Assembly: GCA_028534125.1 (NCBI GenBank)
Contig: CM052817.1
Span: 66,032,001 to 66,096,000 of the forward strand
Reading direction: 5' to 3'
Origin: Lama glama
Taxonomy: Eukaryota
DNA length: 64,000 nt
The notes below the pieces were generated by a model. It saw only the letters and a program-made list of their open reading frames with translations. It made no database searches and had not been told where the DNA came from. Position 1 is the first letter of the stretch; every line of letters starts with the position of its first letter. Below are positions 44,491 through 57,189 of the stretch, piece after piece. The translations under genes and the position numbers were made by a program.

Positions 44491-45540
44491 ATTAATATAA
44501 AATAGTTTGATTAAGGAGGTTTAGGGTAAAAGGAGGCTACAGCAACCACTTCTTTGGGGAGCTACTGGAACATAGGAACAACTAGTTTGTGCATCATTTT
44601 ACACTACAGTTCTATACATACTTGGGTGTGGAAATATAGCAGAGGAAAGCATTTCTAAGAGTGAGAATATAAGCAGAATCAAAGCATCAGTTCAAATTGT
44701 GAATGCTCTGAAAATCTTTTGGCCCTTTAAACTTTACATTCACAATAGAGTTCTCCTCTCTCCAGAGAACATCACTACACAAAACCAAGGGGGAACACAT
44801 ACTTCAGCAGCAGCTACTGGGAATTACCAAATTACATAAAATTAATGGGATGTGGCTCTTTGCAATGAATAAATTTATAACTAAATGATGAGTGCCTTAC
44901 ACTTTTTATTCCACCGGGTAAATTGCTAGAGTAATCAATTCAATCAGGTCTATTAGAGAGGCCCATTACATGTCTGATGGGCAGCTTTACATTTTTTTCC
45001 CCTCCTTGTTCAGATTTCTGCCTGAGCTGAAGAAGAAATAAGCAGGTTGAATTTAAATCAGGTCTGAATTTAAATCTGGAATGCTGGGAAGTCAGATATG
45101 CAAAAAGGTAAAAACGTAAAAAGAAAACCAGGATTTGGGTAAGCCAAAGACACAAAAGGATAAAGAGAAACATCAGAAATATGTTTTGTGAGTAAGTCAA
45201 CTATTTGTAATTAATTTCTTTAAATGCAATATTGGTAATATTCAGAAACCCTTTCTAAAACTTAAAAAAAACCCAAAAACCTAAGGATAGAATTACTGTG
45301 TTTTAGCCTTAGAAGAATCCAAACCAATATGGATGCTTGCCCCAGGTCCAAGTTATCCACGTATGAACCTGCAGAGGCTCCACAGGAGTGTACTTAAGCA
45401 AGGCTCCTCCTACGAGGAGACGGTGTGGTAGAGGGAAAAGAGATGACCTAGGCTTTACTTCCTGCAATGAGGCAAATCTCTGCATCCCTATGAAAAGTTA
45501 CTTTGGATGAGATCGGGTACATTCAGGGTGGTATGGCTGT

Positions 45541-45718
45541 AGAAATAAATAAACAGCAAGGTCCTACTGTATAGCTCAGTAAACTATCCTCAGAACCTTG
45601 TAACAGCCTATTATGAAGAAGAATATATATATGTATAACTGAGTCACTATTCTGTAACCAGAAATTAACACATTGTAAATCAACTGTACTTTAATTAAAA
45701 AAATAATAAATTTAAAAA
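45541..45718 (+). mobile_element. 5'-truncated L1 3' end with A-rich tail
   Basis: ataaacagcaaggtcctactgtatagc...tatgtataactgagtcact...aacacattgtaaatcaactgtactttaattaaaaaaa. Confidence 0.88.
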
Positions 45719-48099
45719 GTTTCTTCATCCAGGAATCAGTGCAGTTTATTAAGACACAAAACACACTGATGTGAGATAGCCTGGAAACTAATTTTTTTTT
45801 AAACTACTGATCTCCAATTCAAAATTTATATGCTACTCGTTGAATTTAAAAGTTCTGAAGAAAAACAGAACACATCAAATCTGGGGGACACAAGTACCAG
45901 AGAACAGAAATGAAGTTTAATCACTCCATGTGCTTGAGATTTGTGCAGGAAGAAAAAGGTACGCTTAATAAAAAAAAAAAAAAGTAAAACTGGATTCTCC
46001 ATCCATTTCTCATATCACGGATTCACATGACTTCCAGGCTATCTGTATGTGTCATTATCAGAATTAAATTAAGAAATCTGTTTCTGATCCTTGAACAAGG
46101 GCTTCTGCTGCCTCTGAATCTGTCTTGTATTATCCACTAATATAGAAGCAGTTCATGCAATGGAATATTACTGGGTTAAAGTGGGCAGAAAGCTTGATGG
46201 CAGCTCTAAATCAAGACTGGTTCAAAAATCTGGAAAACATTTAAAACAACCATTTTATCTTATATCCCAGCTTTCAACAGCCTACACACTAGATGAATCT
46301 TTTTCTGATTTTCCCTTCTGCTCATTTTCCTAAAACTGCCCAACACCCACCACTGTCCTGACTCCACCATACACACATGCACACACTGCACCACACTAAT
46401 GCATGCATGAGTGCACACACATCCTCACAGACACAGCACATGCTCTTGTTCGAACACCAGAGGATATGGAAAATACCATCCACTCGGAACCACTAATATA
46501 AGCTCTAGGCTGAGAAACAGCACACTGAGTTACAGAACAGAGCTGTGGAAATGCGTAATGGGTAATCAATCATTCTTGGCCAGGACCTGGATATCCTGAA
46601 TCAAATACCAGCTCCTTCCTTCATGTCTGTGTAGTCTTCGGTGGTTCTTTAATTTTTCCAACCCTCACTTTTCTCAATTACTGAATCTTTGATGAAGAAA
46701 TAGCTAATACACTTTCCAGTTCAAAACTCTTAATTCTTGAAAGAAAAAAAGTGGATTCAAAGGAAGACAATAGTTTTGATTTATATGATAAGGCGCTGGT
46801 ATTTTTTGTACAGTATCAAAGATGCTTTATCTCATGATGGTTGGATCACAGTCTCTTACTGAGTAAGATGCTGGCTTCCCTATGCCAAAGGCAAGATTAC
46901 AACGTTTTCCAAATATTGGTAACATTTGAAACATTAGAGGAACACATTAGTCACTCTGCCTTTAAACTATCTGATTTTTAGTTTCAATGTGTTATTTAAA
47001 AAACATGCTTCCCGTATTCAAGTTTATGTTCTTAAAATACCTTTTGGAGAATAGTCACACACCAGGGCCAACCTCCAATAATATGCATTTCTTTACTCTC
47101 CACCAGACAAAATCTACCCTCCACCACACAAAAGTAAGTTAGAGTCTATACACTCCCACAGGATCTCCTATTTTTGTTGCTTAATCATCTTTGTAATGTT
47201 AATGAGAGAAAAGTGAAACAGGGAGGCTATATAATTAACCTCTTCAATCTGCAAATTGAACAACCCAGAAACAGCATACAAAGGAGGAGGGACACAGAGT
47301 GTACAACTGAGAGAACATACCATGTTGACTTTAATCAAGTCCATGGAATACGAGGAAGTGAGAAATCATTTCCTCCCATAGTGCTACTGAGGACTGACTA
47401 ACAGCACAAGCAAAGAGTATGCTGGCTCCAGGCAAACGAGAGCAAAGCCAGCATCTCACCTACACAGGCACACGCCAAAGTCACGCAGGAATACAAGAGA
47501 GAATAGATCCTGTTCTTTAATGCGACACACACTTCCTATATTTTAAAAGAGATTACTATATTTTAATAGGTGTTTCTTGAAGTTGTACCACATCCAATCC
47601 AGTGTAGTTTAGTATCCAACTGGTTACTATGGACTGATTCCGTGTTTAACTAGCCCAGAGTCAGAACTGTCTATTCTGCACCACGGTGCCTGCCTATAAA
47701 ATGTTTAGAGAGGCCAAACACGTGGCTCTGTGAGAACAGCTTTAAAGGAAATTATTTGAAATCATGTCCAAGCTATGTCATCATTTTATACACCTCTCTG
47801 ACAAAAAAGAAAAGGGAGAGAAACTGACTCTACCTATGAAATTGGGACTATCACAACTTGTCAGCCTGCATGTATTTCACAGAAATCTAATGAAACTTAA
47901 TGAGATTGGAGAGGACTCTCTCCACACTTGTTTAAATGGATTTAAAGGGAAAAAAAAAGGATTCCCATCAAGGCGTTTAAAAAGAGAAAAAGAAATGCAA
48001 TCTGATTATACAAAAGAGAAGGCTCACAGACTGACGAGGACATTTCACAGCCCTGAGCACCACACAGTCCCAGTCTCACTATCCAACTGTGCTTGTGTC

Positions 48100-48545
48100 C
48101 CTTGTGTTTAACTCACCATTCTTCTCCCACAGAGTTCCAGCTCCTCTTCACTGCTACCTCAGTCTTAGTGGTGGGGCCATTATCTCTGCAATTCTCTCAA
48201 TTAGAATTCCTAGGACTGGTTTCTGACTTCTCACTTTTTTTTATCACTCATAGTATCAAGAATTGCATTCAGTCATACAGTTTTACCATCACTTTATTTA
48301 ATTCAATTGGCTACCACATCCTGCAGCTTTTTTGTTTGTTTGTTTATTTATTTGTAAAAGGTCTTGAGCTTACTTTTACCCTCCAAAGTCACTGCTGCCA
48401 CCCGGGACCAGGCTTTCTTCAACCCTCTCCCAAAATATTTCAATAGCTTCTATCCTTTACTCCTCACTTTACCCAGTTTATCCCTATAAGACTTATCTTC
48501 CTAAAACACCATTCACCATGTCCTCTAAAATCTGTATTGGTTGCA
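48100..48545 (+). mobile_element. L2 fragment, degraded
   Basis: cactgctgccacccgggaccaggct...caatagcttcta...tatcttcctaaaacacca. Confidence 0.45.
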
Positions 48546-51500
48546 TCTATATTCTGTTACAACATTCCTCCCCCAGGTGTATTTGTCACAGGAAAAATTA
48601 AAAGCACCCGTGACCAACTACGTTTAAGATATTCTGCTTGCTATAGCCCTCTCTCGGAATTTCACCATGTACAGTAATGTGTTAAAATCTCCTTAGTCTT
48701 GAGGTGCAGATCAGTTTACCTTTCTTTAGTATACTCCATGCTTCTTTGATCAAGGGACCCATGCATTAATGGAGCAATGGAGGAAATGCTATTATCACGT
48801 ATCAAGGTAAAACACTTCTCTGGATTTCCATTCCCTCCTCCATCCTTATGAAACCATGACCCTCTGTTTCCCACCACTTTTCTTCACCTCTGATGTAGAT
48901 AGCCCATCTCTTTATGTATATTACAGTCATCTCTTTCCCAACCTGGTTGCTCATGTTGGCTCTCTGCCTATCTCTGCCTCTATTTTCTCTAAAGTTTAAA
49001 GCCTGCTTAGTCTTCAAAGCCTGATGCAAGTTCTAGCTCATCCATGAAATCTTCCCCAAACACCTCATTCTATATCTGGCCTCTCTTTCTCAGAGCATAA
49101 TTTCCTTAAAGGAAGTATCTATGTTTTACATGTCGGCGTCTTCTCCACTTCCAACAAATATGAATGGAGTAGGGACTGAATGAGTCTGTGCTGATGACCA
49201 CACTGTTGATTACCTGACACAAAGAAATGCCCCATCCGAGTAAGATATCAACTGCAATCCACACACTGCAATACTGGGATGGTCCTCAGAGAGGAAGGAG
49301 CCAGTGAGATGCTACTTTTTATTCTGATCCTCTTCAGCCAGTGAAGTCATAAATAGTACAGCAATTCCAAATAACTTGAAAACAAAGTTTTAGGTCACTT
49401 TTGCACAGGGGAGTACAAAGCTCATCCACGACCACTAGGAGGATTTTCAAAGAGAAGACATAAGACATCTACTTTCCAGTCAAAAGTAATCAAATCTTAA
49501 CTGACTAATAATAAGTTATAAAGTATTTAAATTGTGTAGAGTTAAAATACTTTAAAGTCTTTTCTTTATATAAACAAAAAAATTACCTCTGTATATTGCT
49601 CTGAATATAAAACAACTGCAAGTTAAATCAGTGTAGACACAGTCATTGTGTGTGTGTATGTGTACACACACATACAAACATATATGGCCCTCTGAGGTCT
49701 CCTGGTATATGTACAGAGTTAAAGAACTTTGTCACTCGTGATTTATGCACATATTTAATTACACTGTGATGCTAATGAGGCAAAAGTAAAAAGGGCTAAC
49801 TCTTCCTAAGCCAATTTGCTGACCCGGAATTTGCAGGCCTTCTCTTCTTGTAATCCTCACCTTGGTCTTTCAGCTGCCCCACAAAATAGTTGAATGAGAA
49901 AAATCACCAACCATACCAGAAAAACAAAGTATATATAATAATATAATAAGCAAAACATACGTACTTCCTTTGGAGGAAAAATCAGTTTGCATTTAAATGC
50001 AAATCACATGCAAACCTACTAACTAGACCAGAGTACTCCCTATCATAAGATCAATTTGTGGAACATTAGATATTAAATATTTTCTAAAGCTTTGTTGTAC
50101 GGAGATGTGGTAATGTCCTTACACACTGTTAATTATATATGGTCTTTACATATGCCTGCCTCCTTGTCATCACAGGAGACCTTTCCTCAGCATATCTTTC
50201 TATGTCAAATACTCTGCCTGTTGTACTAAGCACAGTACAAGCATCATTTTTGTAATTTTCATGAGCAAGGAATTCAAAAATTTTAAACAAGCCTACTTAT
50301 TATGTTTTTTCATATTTAATATGTTTCTCTCAGTTTCCGATTCATTTTGTATCAGGGTACAGTCAGGATACTAAACACTATAGCCGATATTTCAACAACA
50401 ACAACAAAAATTAATATACGAAACTGGTTACAGTTGTAGCCAGGCTGAAAGAGCAAAAAAGCAACACTGAAGTAACAGAAACAAAACAGAAGCAACAAAC
50501 TAATTAATATGTGTTGACTGCTACTACGTATATGCCACTTGACTGGGCACTGCCCAAACAAGGACAAGAAACCCTTCCTTGCCTTACAGGGGCTTACGAT
50601 AAACTGAGAGTTAAAAAGTAATAAATATTTATACCCAAGAAGAATAATATAAGAAACATCCCAAGAGAGTATATGATTAATTGCTCCTGAATGGTACTGA
50701 AAAGGAGCTTTGAAAGAGCAACTACCAGGAGTTAGAAGACTAAAGTTTCAGTCTAGCCACTCTCAGTTTGTCCTTGGCAAGTCCATGAACCACTTTTGGC
50801 CCTCCCAAAGATGTAAGACTGAAGGTTCTGACAAGATGACAAGGAAGGTTCTTCCATCTCTATCATCCTATGATCTTTTACAATTCAGAAATGCAGAACA
50901 AGTCACAGGAAGGCAGCACAATGTGAAACGAATTTGACTTTTAGAGCCAGACAGAGGTAAGTGTGCATTCAATTTCCACACTAGAATTTCTTCCTTAAAT
51001 TATTCTGGTTAGAATTAGAAATGATGCATTTAAGGTATGTAAAAATATAATCAGTACTGAAGAAATGGTAATTATTGAATTAAAGGGAGACCACTATTCT
51101 TCAGAGACAGTCTGCTGTATCACAAAATGTAAGATGGATTCTCGTCTCTCAAATGTTTAAATGCATATATTTATCATCACTTTTAGAAAATAGTAAACAT
51201 CCTATCAAATTCCACTATACATCAAACTGCTCTGGGGAAGGGGTTGTGTCATCACCACTTAGACAGACTGATGGACATAAAAGATCAGCTCAATCAATGT
51301 TTTCAATTTAACAAAGGTATGTGTTGGGTTACCTTTTTGCATTTCAAAGTAACTTCTTTCTTTTTCCAAAGGCACTAATGATGATATGGATGTCCAATAG
51401 CTACATACTGCCTAACTTCTAATTAGTGAAATTCTGTTTATTTTATTCTGCCTGTAACTCATTAGCAGCTACTCTTTGTAATTCAAACTTGAACTGAAAT

Positions 51501-52431
51501 ATCCTGAATACATCTGTGAGGGATTCTTAAGTGTTAAACAATGCTTAACAGGAAAAAAAATAAATTATTGCTTGGAGGTGGGGAATATATTTAAAAAGAA
51601 TGCAGACATTACCACAAAGTTGGATGATTTCAATATCCTATTTTATAGGCATGTGTCTACATTTGACATAACTTTAATACACTGTTAGCAAAAATAAGAC
51701 GAATAAAATTAGCTTTAAAATTTTATTTTACATCAGATAAAACAATGCATATGCTATCATTTGTCCTTATATTTATTAACCATTCATTAAAAAGTATCAT
51801 AAAGTCTTTTGGAACAAGGTTGCTAGAAATTTTTCATCCACTGCAAGAGGAAAGATGGGTGTTCCTTTCTTTCTTTCCTCTTTTTTTTTTCTTTCTTTCT
51901 TTTTTTAAACTGTATTCATCCCTCACTGAAACACCAAAGTTAAACTGAGTAAAAAAGAGTTAGCACAGAAGTTAGGGGGCTGTTATTCTGTGACAGGGCA
52001 ATATGCTAACTTTATAATTTCTTGATAACTCACTTAAGTTATCAGAACTAATATGGTTTTAAGAACATGGCAAAGAAGGTATAGCTGACATTAGCTTTTA
52101 ATTTCATTTTATAAAGATAGACTTTTAAAATATTTGCATTTATTATGCTTTATTTTTAATGTAGGACAGAGATGACAAATTATCAACTTTCCCTATCTAG
52201 TTGTATGATGTATTTGCAAACATAGCTTAAATATGACAAAGCTAAATGAACACAAAGCAAAATAAGTTTAGTAGGTTTATATTTATCACATCTTGCAGAG
52301 TGTCCCCTCAAGACATTTACAACATAATACAAAATATAACCCAACTAATTTTCTAGTTAATTTTTCATAAGTTATATAGCAAATTACTGTTTCTCTAATT
52401 TTCTCAGTACTAAGGTACAACTGAATTAGCC

Positions 52432-52556
52432 TTTTTAGGTGGGGGAGTAACTGGGTTTATCTACGTATTTATTTTTTTAGAGGAGGTTCTGGGAACTGCA
52501 TCCAGGACCTCGTGCATGCTAAGCATGTGCTCTACCACTTGAGCTATAGTCTCCCC
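52432..52556 (-). mobile_element. Camelid tRNA-Ala-derived SINE, copy 5
   Basis: ccaggacctcgtgcatgctaagcatgtgctctaccacttgagctatagtctcccc. TSD tgaattagcctttt (from 52422) / tgaatagcctttt (from 52559). Confidence 0.92.
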
Positions 52557-52824
52557 ATTGAATAGCCTTTTAACATTCGATTTTGGATGAATAAAGACTG
52601 TGAGTCTGAAGTGCTGTGTAGAGTCCCAAGGTAATAGTTTATTGAATATATTATTGAATATGTAACCTCTGTAATACTTTATGGTCTAAATTTTAAAAAT
52701 AAGGAACAAATGAGTTACAGAATTTGAGAGGCAATGAGATTTCTGATATAAGTTGGCCTAAATCTTCTCTATAGATTAAGAAACAGTTCCCTAAATAAAT
52801 TAAGCCCCTGGGGTCAAGGTCAGA

Positions 52825-52960
52825 CAGCATGATGTAGTGAGAAGGCCCACAATTTAGAGTCAGACAGATCTGGTCACTAATCCAGGCTTCATCCTTTACT
52901 GTGCTGTGTTAGACTTGTTACTGTGTGTTTCACAGCCTTAGTTTCTGTATCGGAAAAAAG
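52825..52960 (+). mobile_element. MIR SINE 5' portion
   Basis: acagcatgatgtagtgagaagg...tttagagtcagacagatctgg...agccttagtttctgtatcggaaaa. Confidence 0.65.
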
Positions 52961-55225
52961 GACAGAACAGTAAGCATTTTTTATGTTGCAGTGACATTAA
53001 ACTGAACAGAGTATCATCCTAGTATAGAAAAGGATGGTAAGCATATGTGAACTTCTAGCGCTATTAAAGAAATAGCTACATACAATCCAGATTTCTTGCT
53101 TTCTTGTCTGTAAGTCACCAAGATGATATTTTTCTTAACTTGCTATTTGCTTAAAATTCAAAATACGTATTTTTCCATATAGTTTTAAAACTCAATCCAA
53201 TTATGCGAATCTCATACATTCAAAGCCGTACTTTTGCCATCTACATATCAAGTTAGCATAGTTAATCTTAAGTGACTTTAACAAAGCTTTTCCACTCTAG
53301 TCATTAGCCTCTGCTTCCCCCCCACCCCCGCCGAGTGAGGTTAATTTTTTCTCAACTATAAAAATTTTAATGGGGTTAATGAGTGAGTATAATTCTCTTT
53401 GTAAACACAATGGACTGCTCACCCTTACTAAAAAAAAGTCAAGCAAAATGTGTCAGTTGTGATTACCAAGTGGACTTTTTCCTGAACAATTAGTTTGGTA
53501 CAGTTATTTAAAAAGAAAAAAAAGTTGTTCTTTCTTTCAAATAAAATATCTTTAACTACAGCCTATAAGAGAAGAAGGCTTTCAATTGTATAAAAGAAAT
53601 TGCATTTCCACATAAAAGAAAATTTTCATATTCCTTATATTTAACTTCATTTTTATGCATTAAGATTAACTCATGAGGAAGAACTAGCAATGATTTTTTT
53701 TTTAGTTCTCAAAGTATCATAAAATGATGTTTATATTAAAACCAATGTGGAATGGTGAGAAGATAATAACAAGGGAGAACTGGAAAAAGTACTTTCTATT
53801 TTCATTTATCAGAAAAAAATATACATAAAATATACATAATAAGAAGTATATATACTTTTTTCAATTTCTCTTTTATATTCTCCCAAAGATAAATAAAATT
53901 CTTTCATTATATATGGTACCTTTAAATGAAAGGCCTTAGACATTTTTACTTCTGTTTTGCTAACCACAAAACTCAATTTCAGAGATTTTTCTACTGTGTG
54001 AAAATATGACTGACACACTGTCCCTAGCTGCTATAAATAAAGGGAAATATCCACATAAGTTACATAGGGCAAAACTTAAGCTGGATCGAACAATGACTAT
54101 TCCTTTGGAATATAGTACACAGACATTTTGCCCTCTAGAATTACAGACCATTTGTTAAATGTCCCATAATTGCTAACCATGGGGATACTCTAATGCTCTT
54201 CCTGAATAATAAAAAACAAAAAATGCTGTAGAGATTGAAAGCAATGTGCAAGTTCCAGATGAACTAAAGGTGTACAGTAAAAATGACCACTTCAATAAAA
54301 GTACATTCTAATATCCCCTTTCCTTCCTTTCCTAAGAGCTTCAGAGAAGAAGTGCCCACTGATTTTAGCCAGCTGGAAGAAGTGTTTACCATCCCCCAAA
54401 GCAAAAACAGCTTAGGATCTAAACCTCTCTCCAGAAGCAAGCATGCACGTAAATATCAAGGGTAGCATCTGTGGAGGTAATGAGAGCCACAGGGTAAGTC
54501 CTAAACCAACAGTCTATCTCCTGGATCTAAGGATTGAACAGGTGATCCCTTCAGAAACTCAGAATTAGGTTCTCCTGCAAGAAAAGTTCTCATTTCAAAA
54601 GGTCACACCTTGCTGAAAAGGTGCATTGCCAGAGTCCCCACTTCTCATCTCTGAAACTATGATTTTACGACAAGATGGGTTCTGAGGAGTAAATATTATT
54701 ACCCCTAATTTCCAGGAAAGAAAACTGCCTGCAAGTCCAGTTGTGAAGAGCCTGCCCACATGGCCAACGATAATCAGTAATATACAGAAGAACCCAGACC
54801 CATACTCCTGACATCAATTCCAAAGTCCATGTCCTTAGCCCAAATTACCATACTAGTCTCCGTATTACCAGTCTACCTCCATTTTAGACTAGTCTTCTTT
54901 TTCCACCATAGCCTCAAAGGAGGTAAGGTAAACACAAATTATTTCTTGGTGTGTCTGTCATATGACAAAATATCGACTTTGGCGGGGTTGTAAATACAGT
55001 AGAGAATTACCAAAGGCCTATAAACATCCACTCAAATTTTTCTGATTTATACATGATTTTATTTTTCGTCAGTTGGTGATAACACAACAATGAAAATCAA
55101 GACACACCACCGTGGTACTGGTGAAAACCGCTCTACATGTTCTACTCGTATTTATAACTTCATGGTAATGGATTTTTTTTTTAATTTTTTTAAGTTTCTA
55201 TGCCCTTTCCATTTCTATTTTTAAA

Positions 55226-55357
55226 TTTCTTTTTTTGGGGGGGGCGGGGGAGTAATTAGGTTTTTATTTATTTATTTTAAAGGAGGTACTGGGGATTGAA
55301 CCCAGGACCTCGCGCATGCTAAGCATGCAATTTACCCCTGAGCTACAGCCTCCCCCC
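55226..55357 (-). mobile_element. Camelid tRNA-Ala-derived SINE, copy 6
   Basis: ggaggtactggggattgaacccaggacctcgcgcatgctaagcatgc...tgagctacagcctcccccc, preceded by gtaattaggtttttatttattt and a T-rich tail. Confidence 0.92.
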
Positions 55358-57189
55358 GAGTGGTAAGGGTTTCTAATTGTGTGCATCTAAACAAACAAAT
55401 GCTGCACGGAAGTTTGGAATTCTCAGACCCTCTGAAGATTCTATGCAGGCTCCACATAGGTCCATGTATAATATCACCCTGCTTTATGGATACTTGAAAG
55501 TACAAGGCAAATTACAGTTATTATTAACTTACTCTTCATATGTTGGCAACCTGGTGCAGAAGCTTAACTCCCAATGTCTCTTTCCCTCTCCTTTGAGGCA
55601 CTTCTCAAGGATGTATCCCTCCTGTGTAACAGACAATTGCTCTCACTCTGCCATCAAGCCTACACTTAATATTGGGGTGAGGTGAGACAGTCGGGGAGTG
55701 AGGCTGTTACCTGCAGCTCACTCCAGAAGTTTGCCTCTTGCTAAGACATGTGGCTCTTACACAGAGAGAAAAGGACTCTGGGAAACCTGATAGAGGGGGG
55801 CATCCCTTTGAAGAACGGAGAAACCAATCCTGACTCAGCTAGTAGGGTCCAAGGGTGAATCTAAACTCTCTTTGCTCACCTCCATTTCTCCTATTATACA
55901 TAGAGTGGCCTAGGTGTGTTCCTGATAAATTCGGAGATAAATTTGTTCAGAAAACTGTACTATTTGTTGCATATTTTGTATAAGAATTAAGTGTTGTTTG
56001 ACCAAAACCCCCCTTTGCTTCCATCCCAGCTTAAATTAAGCCCGGAAAAACAAAAAGAAAAACAAAAACAAAAAAACGCTTGTTGCCAGTTAAGGGCAAA
56101 GACACTTTTTAATCCACCAAGGCATTTGGTCAAACTCAACCAACTGTCGAATATACCTTTCTAAGATCTCTGGTCCTGTATCAACTTTGGATCAAAAACA
56201 ACAACGAAATTTCATATATGCAAATAATAGACAAAACCACATGCTGAGTTTGATCATGACAAGCTTTTTGCTTATGTTTATTTAATGAAGTTATACATGC
56301 TGAAATATGATTGTCCCAAATGGTAGTTTCTCCAACAACCACTAAATAGAAGATCCCTGCTATATAATTTTTTCGCATACAGAATTATATATGTGAGAGG
56401 CAGATGGTGAATGTCAACTTGGCACCATCCCACCATCTGCTCTTTGTACGGCTAATCATGTTCAGAGTATTACTTAAAGATTAACGAAAGACAATGATGT
56501 AGTTGAAGCCAAGAGAAGCCTTCCTCCTAAGCTCTCCCAACATTTGCAACACATACACTATACACACCTCCAAGGGTAACAGTTTATCTATGATACATAA
56601 AACCCGTTTTACCTTCATTCTATTAAATAAAGCCTAAACAAAAGCATTCATTTCTGTAGTACCTCACAGATATTTTCTGGACAAGAAAAAAAATAGTAAC
56701 GAATTTCTAAAAACCTACACCTATAAAAATGGGATACAGAAAATAGGTAACATATATCACAAGACAATATATAACAAGAAAAACAACAAAGCATGAATGC
56801 TTTTGCTGTTTGTTTTCATTTGCTATTAGCAAGCATAAAGTACGTTAATGAAGGAAAACCTGCAACATGCTGGCTTCCTATCTAATCGTAGTACAAAAGT
56901 GGATATATTTTGTACCACCATATAACCTTTACCTAGATATTTTTACAGTTATTGCACTAAAAATGCAAAAATGATATCTATAATATTTACTAGATTTCAT
57001 ATATTTAAGACCAACTGGAGGCTACTGGTTATTTTTTAGTGACCTATTTCCATCTAAATGCAATAAATCTTATTCGTGACAACATGTACCTTTTATAAAA
57101 TTATTATGTTACACAGGTATATTGTAATACAGAGCTGATAAATTACGCTAGATGATATGCTAGATATGTAATATACTAGATAACAACAA

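Noticed and set aside
45043..45079. Short tandem duplications (also ~7127-7148, ~44010-44080, ~61993-62030)
   Set aside because: Two or three copies with no unique spacers. These are slippage products, not an array or CRISPR-like structure.
13768..55357. Six tRNA-Ala-like sequences as true tRNA genes
   Set aside because: Each has a G-rich 5' extension, a shared non-tRNA 3' body and an A-rich tail, several have TSDs, and the stems are mutated. They are SINEs.
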